The notes below the pieces were generated by a model, which did not search any database, had not been told where the DNA came from, and was given only the letters and a program-made list of their open reading frames with translations. Source: Flaccisagitta enflata (taxonomy: Eukaryota). From it: DNA of 64,000 bases. Positions 26,085-39,596 of this stretch are shown here, in pieces. The DNA is taken from assembly GCA_965153355.1 (NCBI GenBank), contig OZ231126.1, positions 11,656,001 to 11,720,000 on the forward strand, given 5' to 3'. The translations under genes were made by a program, and so were the position numbers. Position 1 is the stretch's first letter. Every line of letters starts with the position of its first letter.

Positions 26085-26298
26085 CTACCTTTTTTTGTCA
26101 TGCTTCTTCTTTAGCCTGTACTTCTTGTAACTATTCTTATTTATTCTTATTCTTCTTCTTCTTCTTCAACTTCTTCTTCTTCTTCTTCTTCTTCTCTTCT
26201 TTTTAAATCTTATTTCCATGTGGAAGTAAACTTTGAAATTTAAGAAATTGATATGAGAGTTATAGTATTTCTCTCTCTGATATCTGCACTTATGAAAT

Positions 26299-26332
<34 letters not shown>

Positions 26333-26622
26333 CAGATAGACAGACAGAGATACAGAGATAGAGTTGGAGGGAGACAGAGAAAGAGGGAGAGATAAATAGA
26401 CATATACGTCGGCAATGGCAAATATCCTTAACAAAAACAAAAGATAAATGAAAGCACAACAAAACCAGAAATACAAAAGCCAGGGAGGGAAAACAAAGGC
26501 AAAGCGAAATACACAATCCGTCAAATCTCACCCTGATGGGAAAAAACACTCGCTAATAGAGAAGAGGAGACAAACAGACAGACAGAAAGACAAAATAACA
26601 GAAAGTAGAAAAGAACAGACTA

Positions 26623-27115
26623 CACTTTTTTTTTCTGATATTATTATGTTATAAGAACGTATTACGTATTATGTTATAAGAACCAAGTTTAAAAGAACAT
26701 TAGGCTTAAAATCATCAAAATTTTAGATTTAAGAACATGCTAAGAACATTGGAAGGCTTTATTTTTTCAAGAATTTAAGAACATTAGGCTTAAAATCTTC
26801 AAAAATTCAAGAACACGCAAAAAAATGTAGGAAAGTTTTTACTTAAAAAAGATATATATTTTTTTTGTTTTTAACATCCCATTTCATTGTATTTTCATTA
26901 TTCTTTACTTTCAGTTAAAACATTCAAACCTGCTGCTTTGAAATTTTCCTTCATTTTTTCTCATGAGACAAACTTGAATTAAGAACGTTCTTAATTGAAG
27001 GTTAAAAGATGCTTTTGATTAGGAACAATTTAAGAACATTTAAGCTTTGAAACTGCTTAAAATTGAACATTGAAGGCTTGCCCAAAAAGTGACGTTCTTA
27101 TAAGAAAAAAAAGTG
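26623..27115. mobile_element. ~490-bp TA-flanked MITE (Tc1/mariner-type target site)
   Basis: TA|cactttttttttct...tataagaacgt at the left end and acgttcttataagaaaaaaaagtg|TA at the right end, with internal aagaacatt repeats. Mirror copy at 57653-58143. Confidence 0.7.
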
Positions 27116-27345
27116 TAGACAAACAATCGAAGAAAGAGAAACGAGTATCAAAGTAATATAAACCAAGCATCTGGGGCAAAACTCCATGTGCGGGAGTAAA
27201 TAAGAAAAGTTTTACGTCCTAGATTTTTCATTAAATTTTAAAATTTTTAAAGCAAACAAAATAAAGAAAGGTCTTTTGCTAAGAACTCATGCAAGAGATA
27301 AGATGGTTGAAAAGGTTTTGGTCATGGGTGGCGGAAAAAAATAAT

Positions 27346-27561
<216 letters not shown>

Positions 27562-29394
27562 CAGCATGGGAACCTGGATTTTGGGACTTCTTTTCCTCAC
27601 TGAGTGTCAAAAATTTGGTGTCCCAAGAAAAGAATAACATGTTTTTTTCTTAAGAGCCAGCAAGAAATAGTTATTACTATGATACTTTTGTTTACTTTGA
27701 GATCTTAGATAAGTGGAATTAAGCCTAATCACACCTGGTAAGAGAGAATAGAATTTTTTTTCCTCTCTTAGCTAGTCCACAGCTTCATTTCTATTTTTTT
27801 TCTTTTACCCAATTCGCTCCCCTACATCTCTCTTTTTAGGCAATTAAAGCTTGAAAAACCACTGAATTTTGATTGCTTTATAAATTGCTTTTTTATCTTT
27901 AGACCTTTTATGATAATTGTAGCATTGACTGAAATATGTAAAAAAGAAGATTTGTTCTTGCACCTTTGATTTAAAGGATGGATGACTGTATGAGTGAAGG
28001 TAATCAGAATATTGAGAATGCAAATACATAACCTAGGTGAGTATTTAATGACAAATGACAATTACTATGCATGCAAATATATCATTCAGTGTGTCTTCTT
28101 TTTTACTTTCTTTCTTCTTTTTTCAAGTTTTTAATTTTTTCTGTCTAAGTCTATCTGTCACAAAAAAAAACGGAACAACTTGTTTTGATGATTTTTACCG
28201 TGAAGAATTTCAATATAAAAAATTCTTGACCGTTTGAAAGCTCTGCAAAAAATCTTTCAAATGCAATGGGTATGGTCATTCTACTAAGTTTATCCAGTCT
28301 GAAATAGCGTTAGAATAGGAGTGAAAACATTGCCCTTTTCAATTTGCGGTCAGATTGAATAAAAAGGTTTTGAAAATAAAGTTGATCAACACAGCAAGCT
28401 GTAACTTTTAAACGGTTTAGAGATACAGATCTGGGATTGGTCTAGAATGAAAGAAAATTAAAAAATCTTTAAAATCATCTAAGAAAAAAAGTTCAAATTA
28501 TTATTTTTTCCATCTTTTATATGAAATAACAAAGAAGAACAACTTCTTTGACTACAACTTTCACATTCATGACCACCTCTTCTTTAATGTTATGTCATTT
28601 CTTAACGAATAAAGACAGAACAACCAGCTTGGTCTCATTTTGAAGATCTTTCGCAGAGCTTTCAAACGGTCATGGATTTTGCTATTTTTTTCATACCATC
28701 TTGGCCATAAATATAAGAACAGTAGGTGTATTTGGTGATTTATTGACTAGAAGTGAGCAGCAAACATATTAGACTGCATCTAATATCTAGTTTGACCATG
28801 TTGGGCATACACCAACACCTGCATTAACTTTGGCATTGACTCGTAGAGAGACTGGAGGTACTCTGGAGTTATGTTGTTTCAAACCAATGATGCGATTCAT
28901 TTCAGCCCTGCTTTGCATGTTGATTTCCCCTGTTTCCGCAGGTTTTTCGTTTGAATCTTTGAGTTCTCAATTGGATAGAGATCCAAATTGATGTGGGCTA
29001 ACCCTAGACAAGCTTAGCTCGTCGATCTTAAAGTATATTTGGCGTAGAGTGCCGGTGCACCATTTTCTATATACTAAGAAAGATTTGCCTAACCACTCTT
29101 GCAAAAAGCAAACGTTTTATTCATTTGGCTGTCATTTCTAAACGAAAAAAGGTACAGGAACCAGTTTGGTCTCATTTGATAGATTATTTGAAGATGCAAA
29201 TTTTAAAAAAAAAATCATCTCTATGCGATTAGAATTAAGCGAGTTATGACACTTTGAAGCTGTTCTTATATTTATGGCCAAGATGGTATTAGATGAATCT
29301 CAATCTTTAAAAAAACATTTTGTTCCGTTTTTTTTTGTGCTATGGTTAAGTCTATCTGTTTGTCTGTCTCTTCCTCTCTCTGTCTCTATCTCTC

Positions 29395-29808
<414 letters not shown>

Positions 29809-32225
29809 TCTGTGTGTATGTCTCTGTGTGGTTGTGATTGAATGTGTGTGACGGGTTGTGTGAGACAGAGATTGAATGTGTATTTGAGATTTTTTCGGCT
29901 GTGCGTGGTGAACAGAAATGGTGGGCTTGCAAAAAACTTATTTACACAGTAAAAGTCGTTGTTTCCGTCCCAGTGAGTAAAGTATGCGTAAGCATAAGTT
30001 ACCATCCCCTCCCTGCTTGCTCCGATGTGAAAGATATATATAAAATCGCGATCACGTTATTACTCAGATTTGTTGCTATGTCCTCGCAACTCTTACAGGC
30101 TTACAGCTATATACAGGTAGCCACTGTTTGTCTGTCGTCATCAAAACACAAGTGCGCGACAATGGTGACGAAGACATTCACTCTTTCATTCATTTATTCA
30201 TTCATTAATTCATTAACTAATTCATTCATACATTCATTCATTCATCTGCCCGCGAATTCCATCCATTCTTTCCTTCTTTCGTACATTCATTCATTCACTC
30301 ATTCATTCGATCATTCATTCATTCATTCATTCATTCATTCATTCATTCATTCATTCATTCATTCATTCATTCATTCATTCATTTATTCATTCATTAATAA
30401 ATAAATCATTCATTCATTAATCTGCCCGCGAATTCCATCCATTCTTTCCTTCTTTCATTCATTCATTCATTCATTCATTCATTTTTTTATTCATTCCTTG
30501 ACAAATTAATTCATTCATTCATTCATTCATCTGCCCGCGAATTCCATCCATTCTTTCCTTCTTTCATTCATTCATTCACTTATTTATTATTCATTCATTC
30601 ATTGATAAATAAATTCATTCATTCATCTGCCCACGGTTTCCATCCATTCTTCCCTTCTTTCATTCATTCCTTCATTCATTCATTCATTCATTCATTCATT
30701 CATTCATTCATTCATGCATTCATCCATTCATTCATCCATTCATTTATTCATTTGTACATGCATATTTTACTATACATTCATTCCTTTTTAAAAGACAGAC
30801 TGACAGTGTTGAGCAGACGATCATTCTGGCAGTAGCACCTCAAAACGTCCATTTACAATTTTTCACACGGGCGGGCTGAATGGAATGGATTTCGACTTAG
30901 GAGTTTTCACTATTTTCATTGATAAAAATTTCTAAGTGGGCGCGTTCTGTTAGACGGTCGGTAACATTTTTTTAGATTTATGTATGTATGTATGTATGTA
31001 TGTATGTATGTATGTATGTATGTATGTATGTATGTATGTATGTATGTCTGTCTGTATGTATGTATGCATGTATGTATGTATGTATGTATGTATGTATGTA
31101 TGTATGTATGTATGTATGTATGTATGTATGTATGTATGTATGTATGTATGTATGTATGTATGTATGTATGTATGTATATCTATATGTATGTATGTATGTA
31201 TGTACTGACTGTGCCGGGCCTCTTCTGCCGTCCCCCCCTGCCCCCCCCCCCCCCCCCCCCCCTCCGCTTCCATTTGTCATCCCCAGTTGTTTCATTCAAT
31301 TTCAGAAGTCCCCTGGGGCCAACTTTTGGGACAGCAACGGAAGCATCGGTTTCGGTCTCGGTCGTATCGGTTTGTGAATAAACAAGGCCGGATACACGGC
31401 TACCTCAGTCGCGTGCGGGTGGGCAGGGGCAGTACTTGAGTTACTAAAGCATTTGGCAAGGAGCAGTGAGGCCAAAGACCGCAAAAACATAAAAAAAAAG
31501 TAAAATGGGAACCGACCGACCGACCGACCGACTGACGGACGGACAAAGCGGGGTATAGAGTCGCATAGCACGCGACTAAAAATAAACGATTCTCATATAC
31601 GATACGATGGAAGTTCTCATATAAACGTTTTACATCCGTGGTAAAAACAAGGAATAAACAAAGTGGGAGAGTAATTGACGCAAGTTTTCTTTTTATAATC
31701 AAGGAGATAAATTCAAGAAGCAAACCGTAACCAAACAAAAAAGAAGCAAGATTCATTACCTACATGTACGGTTCACTTTGGTTATGACTATTGAGTATTT
31801 TATTGTTCACTAACCCGCAACTTTCTATGTTGCTGTGTCGGTTACTAAGCCCGACGAACCGTCGGTCCCGCCTTAGCAATATTGGTTTGTGATTGGTTTT
31901 TGTATCTGCAACGGCTGTCAAGTCAGGCCTGTTGTGGGTTTCGTTCTTGTATTGAGGCCTGTTGTGGGTTTTGTTCTTGTATTGATGGGGCTTTGATAGA
32001 GAGATGTGATGGTTATGTATGCTCGATGGGATTTTTAAAACCAGATTTAATCCTCTCGCGGCATTCAAATCACGATTAGAAGTGTAGCTTACCGCTTTAC
32101 GGTCTCCGATGTAGGTTTGACGCGAAAAAAAGATAACAAAAAACAATCTTCTTAAAATGTTATGTCCTGTATTCTCGGTTGCGTGACGCGCTGCAGGTCC
32201 GCTTCAGTGCAGAGGGTGAGTGAAA

Positions 32226-32282
<57 letters not shown>

Positions 32283-32574
32283 CTCACACTCACAGCACTG
32301 ATCGTGGACGCGCGGCTCTACAATCTACACCTTACCAGCCATCGGTCGGTCGGTTCGTCGGTAACGTAACATTTTTGAATTCCGAGTGGTTTTTGCGCTA
32401 CTGCTCCTGCCCAACCATCCGCGACTGGATTGCCGTGTATCCGGCCTTGTTAACTTCTAAATTTCCACTGATCGTTTACAGAATCCGTTCACGCATCACT
32501 AATCGCTGACATAAATCGACTGTGATTTGTCGCTAAAATAAGTCGCGTCGTCCGGTCACGTTTCCAGTAGGAAA

Positions 32575-32923
32575 AACAAGGCCAAGTGAAGGCCAATAAG
32601 TGCGCCTCGCTTGATTAAGATTTTGTGAATGAAGACATTTGTCAGAATGAGTCGATTGAATTTATGAATGAATGATGAATGAATGAATGAATGATGATCA
32701 GATGAATGAATGAATGAATGAATGAATGAATGAATGAATGAACAGAATGAATATGAATGTAGTGAGGCATGATAGGTGATAGGAATGAAGAAATACGTCA
32801 GAATCAGCCGTTTTGCGCATTTCAAACGTTTGCGTGACCGACCGACCAACCGACCGACCGACCAACCAACCAACCGACCGACGGACATGACCTCTTATAG
32901 AAGTGCGCGGACGCACTTAGAAA
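32575..32923 (-). mobile_element. HINE-like element, aagtgcg subfamily with (TTCA)n core
   Basis: Minus strand reads tttct-aagtgcgtccgcgcactt-ctataag, (GGTC)n, (TTCA)n, ggcgcactt-attggccttcacttggccttgtt. Mirror at ~51726-52074. Confidence 0.65.
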
Positions 32924-33345
32924 TCATTATGACAGATTAATAGTTCATGAGTCTTTCGGTTTTTGATTGCTTTAATGTGCCTCCTCGCACATCTCTAAGA
33001 GGTCGAGTTTATCCGTCAGTCAGTCGGTCGGTTGGTTGGTCTGTCCGTCACACTAACGATAAAACTGTGCAAAACGGATGATTTCGATATCTTTTTTTTC
33101 ATTCCTCCTACCTCTTGCGACTTCCTACTTTCGTTCTCATTCGGTCGTTCAATCATTCATGCATTAATTCCTTTTATCCTTCTATTCATTCAAAACGTTC
33201 ATTAAAAAAAACGTTCATTCATTCATTCTTAGTCATCGAGGCGCGCATATTGGCCAGAACTCGGCGAGTTACGATTCAGTCAGATATGATTCAGAAAGAC
33301 TAATTAATTACTCATTCCATTACGGTTAATTGACTAATTTTTCAG

Positions 33346-34304
33346 CGTTACAATCAATTCGCCGTCGCGGCATCAACTCACGATTCAGTCAGGAAGATCC
33401 AAAGAGACAAAGAAAAGTCGTTTAATCAGGAAGTCAATAATGTGGAGAAAATCATCGAATGCAGACGAAACGTCAAGGACGAGGTGAGCCCGCTCATGAG
33501 CATGCGGGGTAACAGTAACCTCGCTCATGCGGGATCTGAGTAAACTCGTTCCCTGAAGATATTTATGAGGGCTACATTGTTCGCTCATGGAAAATGATAG
33601 ACTGATAAATCACTCAGGCAAGGTGTTCACCATGAAACAAGTCAAACAATATCCCTCACTGAACGCATATTTTACTCTTTGTAGTTGTGGACAAGCAACT
33701 CTGTAAGGGGCTTTGTCCGTCCGTCCGTCTGTCCGTTCTTCCGTGACGATCGAGTCGAAAAGTGGGAAAACGAGCGTTTTAGATACATTTTTGAGTAAGT
33801 TTGAGAGTGGGGGTTGGAAGCCCCTGCCCACCCGTTCGCAACGATATTGTGACCCCACGTCACTTGTTCTGTACTATTCCTCATCTTCTTCCATCCATGG
33901 TCCAGGCGGAAAAACTGTTTAAAGTCAAAGAAGTTGAATGGAATTCGAGACTCGAAACGATTGAAAGGCAGAAAAGACAGCAACAGCAACAGCAACAGCA
34001 ACAACAGCAGCCGCAGACAACACCACAGTCTACCCGTCCCTCCGCCAACGTCAAGGCGGATAGTAAGCGCGAAAGCAGACCAAGAACAAAAGCGCGGGCT
34101 AGCATCGAGAGCGCCGTTGAATCGACTCGCGGCGGCGGCGGGAGAGGCGGCGGCGGCGGCGGAGGAAGAGGCGCTTCACCAACTCTGCCGCCGGTTGATG
34201 ACGATATGAAGCCAACGGCAGATCATCACGCGTCTTCGCTCAGCATTTCCGAACGTTCTTCACGAAACTCGGGCAACACTCTCGCCAACTGGAGTGCAGC
34301 GTGA
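33346..34304 (+). CDS. Last two exons (33346-33483, 33906-34304) of an unidentified coiled-coil protein with poly-Q/poly-G tail
   Basis: Both exons have canonical ttcag/tccag acceptors, the first has a gtgag donor, and they join in phase 0. Translation: RYNQFAVAASTHDSVRKIQRDKEKSFNQEVNNVEKIIECRRNVKDE|AEKLFKVKEVEWNSRLETIERQKRQQQ...NWSAA*. The frame is preserved in the mirror despite in-frame indels. Upstream exons are not resolved. Confidence 0.6.
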
Positions 34305-36307
34305 TGACAAATGAACCATGTCCTTCGCTCACCGGAGTGCAACGTAGAAACAAGAGAACAACATGATGTGATAGTCATAGTGCATTCAAAGCAAACTCAT
34401 GTCATAACGAGAGAACGCTAACGGCGCTGTGATAATATATACGTATACCAATTCTTTGCTAGTTGCAGTTTTACCAGTGTTTGCGGCGACGTCTTCGCTT
34501 TTTGTCGGCTACCGCAATCGATTATGGGTCGAACGACGTTCTTAGGCTATAAACAGTTTTCCGTTCATATGTTTTAATTGGCTATTATAAAAACAAAGTG
34601 ATATCCGTTGGAGCAATATCTTTTATTATTTTACATTTTGAACAAAAGTGATAAGTAGTGCGTTCGTCCTAAGTTAAGAAATCAGTAGTCAATTAGGAAA
34701 TCAATGGTCAATTTTGTGCAAATCATCTTTTCGTATGCAAGCACGCGTTTGGGATTTTTTTTTCTTGGTTATAATTTAAGGTGACAGTGATCGCTAAGTT
34801 CATTCTGAAATCATTTTGAAAAATCAATGAAATAAGATCAAGAGATCTAAGTACGCAGTTTTAAGACATGCATAAATAGGTGAATTACCGTGAATAAGTG
34901 GTGGTTAGGAGGTGATTTGGGGGTGATAGTCATGCTGATTCGCCACTAAACATGTGCCATTTCTTCATGGGCAATTTAGCATTACAAAAGGCCAAAAAAA
35001 AAAGAAAAAAATAGGCTTGCAGCGTATGAGTGACTGAAGCCGGATCACCGTTGAAGGCGCTGTCAAGAAAGCATGGTTCTGCCTTACTTTTTTGGGGTGA
35101 ATATGGGGTGAGGAGGTGATTTAGGTTGAGAGGCTACTGATAGATACTTAATCATATGGTGCTCTGTGATAAATAAGCATTAGTCAAACCAATTTCTGAC
35201 TCTATTGAGCAGAGTGCTAAGCAAGTAGACTGACATTTCAGGACGGCGAATTAGAATCTAAAAGCTTCATGCAGCAGAAAATAGAATAGTTCTCTCCTCT
35301 CAGATGCAGTTTTTGAAAAACAATGGAAGTTTTTTGTTTGTTCTTTTTTTTTCTCAAAGTATGTTGTCCTTGGTTTGTTTCTTCTAGACATCGGCGTTTT
35401 TGCTCCACTAGACATCAATGGAAATGAGAGATAATTTGTTATTTATGCAAATTAGATCTGAAAAGGTTATTGTTTTGGGGAATTCTACAAGCAGGGATAC
35501 ACGCCCGATTGGTTAAGGGCAGGGGTGAGTATCGATGGTAAATGAGGGTGAGTACTAAGCAGGGGCAGTTTTGCGGATAAAAAGGTGCCCTCATTCGAGT
35601 TGGTAGGGGCATTAGTTATAGCGAAAGGGGTAGTTATACTCTATTATCTGCAATATCTATTAATTCTATTTCGCCTGATTTCACGCTATCCAGAAAAGTG
35701 TTACGAACCGACCGAAAGACCTACCGTCAGGCGAACTGATTCTCATACCGACCGACACACCTACCGTCGGGCGAACAGATTCTCATACCGAGTCTTTAAG
35801 CAATCGTCTGAATATTGACAGACAAATGATGTAAAGGAATCATCTACGCGATGTTCCTCCGCTTAGCGCCTACCTCAACTTCATTGTGCATCCATAACTT
35901 GGTCTGGTTGACGATCAGAAAGAGTTGAGATCCGCATTCACAAAGACAGAAAAAGAGTTCAAAGGCCTTCAATTCCGATTCCGGGAAGCAAAACCGCTTT
36001 TCCAGGAAAGTCAACTGGATCAACCAATCAAATCGTAGAACCTCATTTCACGCTTAAACTTACCTTTTGATTTTCGGCCAATCAAATCACTCCTCAGAAG
36101 ACGGGTTCCGATTATCAATAATAAGTCGCATAACCCGAAACGTAACACAAGTGCAAAGCTTAGTATCTTACTATCTTTGAAGAAGTCATTTTTGGCGCAC
36201 ATCTAATGAAAAAGTCAATTTGCTTCGTTGCGCAATCAAAGGATTTTCGACATGATTTTGATTGTGGTGGATTAAATGGCATCCTCCAAAATCACTAACT
36301 TATCAAA

Positions 36308-37337
36308 ATGGATGAATCAGACTTAAAAATTAGAATGGACGGCGAAACGGGTAATTCAGCGTTGACATCTCAGAAGCCTCGGATGTCGTGTCAGCAATTA
36401 GCATCAAATTCCATCAATGGCAATGCAAGCGAGGCGAGGCTGGACGTGGATGGGAGAGGGGTCTGCAGGGAAACTGACCTTAATCCTGGACTATTGACAT
36501 TTTTTGACATTTTTTGACATTTTTCATCAATCTCAATATTTAGTCTACGTGAAGGAGACGGCCGCACTAAGTATACCTTTCTAACCGTAGTTTGATCACT
36601 AATTTCAACTGGGTTTAACATTCGGATAGGATCGAATCAGGTTTTAGGGGTAGGGTTGAGTTTAGGGGTAGATTTGAGTTTAGGGGTAGGGTTCAGTTTA
36701 GGGGTAGGGTTGAATTAAGGGTAAAGTTGATTTCAAAGAGGTAGGGTTGGAGATTTAAGGGTAGGAAGGTTGAGTTTAGGGGGTAGGGGTTGGTTGGGGT
36801 GAGTTGACCTAAATGTTCAATGTCAGAGTATTATCGGCGTGAAAAAAAAATACCCATTATACGTTGCGACATATACATGCAGCCGTCTTATTACACATTG
36901 CCATATCAATACTTTTTGTCATGGTTATAACTCTATAAAGGCTTTATCACCGTCAGTCGGTTGGTTGGGTCGGTTGGTCCGTAGGGGTCATCGAGTTGAG
37001 AAAAGTGCGAAAACGCGCATTTCCGCCCCTACCCACCCGTCCGCGACTGGTATTGGCCGTGTATCCTGTTAGCGCCAGACAAAAAGAGTGAACAATGCAC
37101 ATAAAAGGTTACAACTTTAAAATGTCGAGAGTATGCCTCGGTACTCGGTAGTCAAATTTCAGATTGGTTCATGTATGTATCAAACATAAACCCTTTTTGT
37201 GTGACCCGATTTTGAAATCACCATTTATTGTTTACTTCATATTCATCAAACAGAGGATGCTGATTCTGATCGATTCATGATAGAATTCTGTGAAACTCTG
37301 TCAGTAAATAGTGAAGAAGTACCAAATTTCCGGTAAG

Positions 37338-37390
<53 letters not shown>

Positions 37391-37566
37391 TTCGCTCATT
37401 TAGCGCACTTCATGCAATGCCGCAGCCATCAGTCTGAAAACGATTCAGGCGAGAGCAGAGACAGAAGCAAAGCGGCAGGCAGCGAGCCTAGCGAGAGGCA
37501 GGCAGGAAAGGCGAAGGCAGAGCGAGGGCAAAGGTGGCAAAAACTGGGAGAGCGGGCGAGCGAGGC

Positions 37567-37619
<53 letters not shown>

Positions 37620-39537
37620 TGTACAGACAGAGACGGAAAGAGAGACAGAGTCACAGAGAGACAAGGAACAAAGAAGCTGGGACAAGACAGTCAGATTCTT
37701 TCTTTGTTCATTTGTTTTCTTCTCACAAATAAATTTGTTTTAACATTTCAAGAAATGAAAAGCCAACAGAAAATCCTCGTCAAAAATCGTCGCTCATTTC
37801 CAAAGTATTTCTGTCCTGGCTAAACACGATGTAAGTGTTCAATGAAATAGTACCTACAATAATTCTTTGAAGGATTGATGGTGTATACTATCTAGGAAAA
37901 AAGTTTGGCGACACTTAAGGTTGGCAGTATGTTTTTCTCCTCATTTGCTCAAAACTTGTGTATCTGATTGTTTTTAGTTATTTTCACATTCATACTAACT
38001 AGAACAAAAGAGAGAAATAATCTTCAATCCAATTAAGGGACCGCGGGATTGGTTTGTTTATCACAATAAAGAGGTGGATGTGGTGATAATAGTAGATTTT
38101 GGTCATTTTGGCTGCAAATTTGAGCTACTTCCCTTTCGAAATCTGACTGAAAATCCATGAGATTATAAAATTAGAGCTCAAGAGCTTACCAGTGGTGCAA
38201 TCCGCATGTTATTGTCATATCTTAGTAAAATTTGAGAGCATTTCAAAGATGGAAGGGTAGAGAAAAAAATGAATTCTTTTTTGGCACTTTGAGAAGTGCA
38301 TGATCAACTTTTAAACTCACATGGCATTTCTAGTGGTTTGACACACAGAAGGCGACGAGATTGCGCTCAGATTGTAGATTTTTTGACGTAGATTAAAATG
38401 CTCATAAATTTTGTTCACTTTTCTTAACGGGAAGTTGAGCTATCTCTTGTTAAAGGTGTCGCCAAACATATTTCCTAGGTAGTACATTTACATGTAAATA
38501 AAGTGTTTGCCTGAAATTTGTGTGCTTGACGATTTGAAAATTTGTATACTGTATTTGAAAGTCTGCGTGACTGATGGTGAAACATAGTGTCTGCGTGTTA
38601 TATGGTGTAAATTGTAAGCATATAGTGTGTTTGTGTTTATGGTGTGGGGGTCATCTTATTTTAAACGATGATCTTCTGAATGATCTTCATACTTTTCCAA
38701 TTCCCTGGTCTCTCTAGTTTTCGTCTGGTGTCTGTGAATGGGGACTTGCTTTTGGACGATCTTCCAGATGCTCAGCCTGAGGATCAATCCTTCACTCTCA
38801 CCAAAAGATTGGAGAAGGTGATCATGATCACGTTTTGAAACTATCGAGGCTTATCAATTATGCACGGCGACAAATTAGATTTATATAAACAGTTGAATCC
38901 CACTCCAATGGATTTTTTCTGTTGTAGGTAAACTTTTATAATAGCCAATATAAGAAATAAAAGAAAACCGATTGAAGGGATAAAAACTTTATATTTTCTA
39001 GGCAGAATTCCGTTGGAAGCGTTTCCGTTGGAGCGAGGTTCAACAGTACATGACGTTTTACAGTCAGCGGACAAAACATAATAGGTATATATATCATACC
39101 ATTGGTTTTGATCCAACATGCTGAGAGTAAACAAAATATTGTATGCTACAACCTGTGGTTTAAATGATACCCGGCTGTTATGTTACAAAATTGTAGTATT
39201 ATAACGAGCTGTAATTCTAACGACCCCTTATTGATTACAACATTTTATTTGTTACAGCCAACTGTAGCTTGAACAACTGATTGTCACATACAATATTTTG
39301 TTTTTAAGCAGAATGTTGGATCGAAGCCAGTGGTATGATATATATACCTATTGTGTTTTGTCCACTGACTGTTTAGTCTACAGGAATGAGATCGGTTGGT
39401 CTTTTATGTTCAAAAGAGCTAATTTTAAATCCCCTTTTAAATCAGGAATGGAAACAGGAAGTGATTGAAACGGACAAGTCCAATCAAACCCTTGCTGAAA
39501 ATGGTAGGAGGAAACATACGGGAAGTGTGAGACACAC

Positions 39538-39596
<59 letters not shown>

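Noticed and set aside
29838-31377. Further upstream exons of the coiled-coil gene (e.g. 30068-30116, ~31305-31369)
   Set aside because: Splice-like signals exist but I could not build a phase-consistent chain or recognise homology.
36641-36805. Telomere-like TTAGGG sequence
   Set aside because: The unit is an 18-bp degenerate minisatellite inside an intron, not a tandem TTAGGG array.
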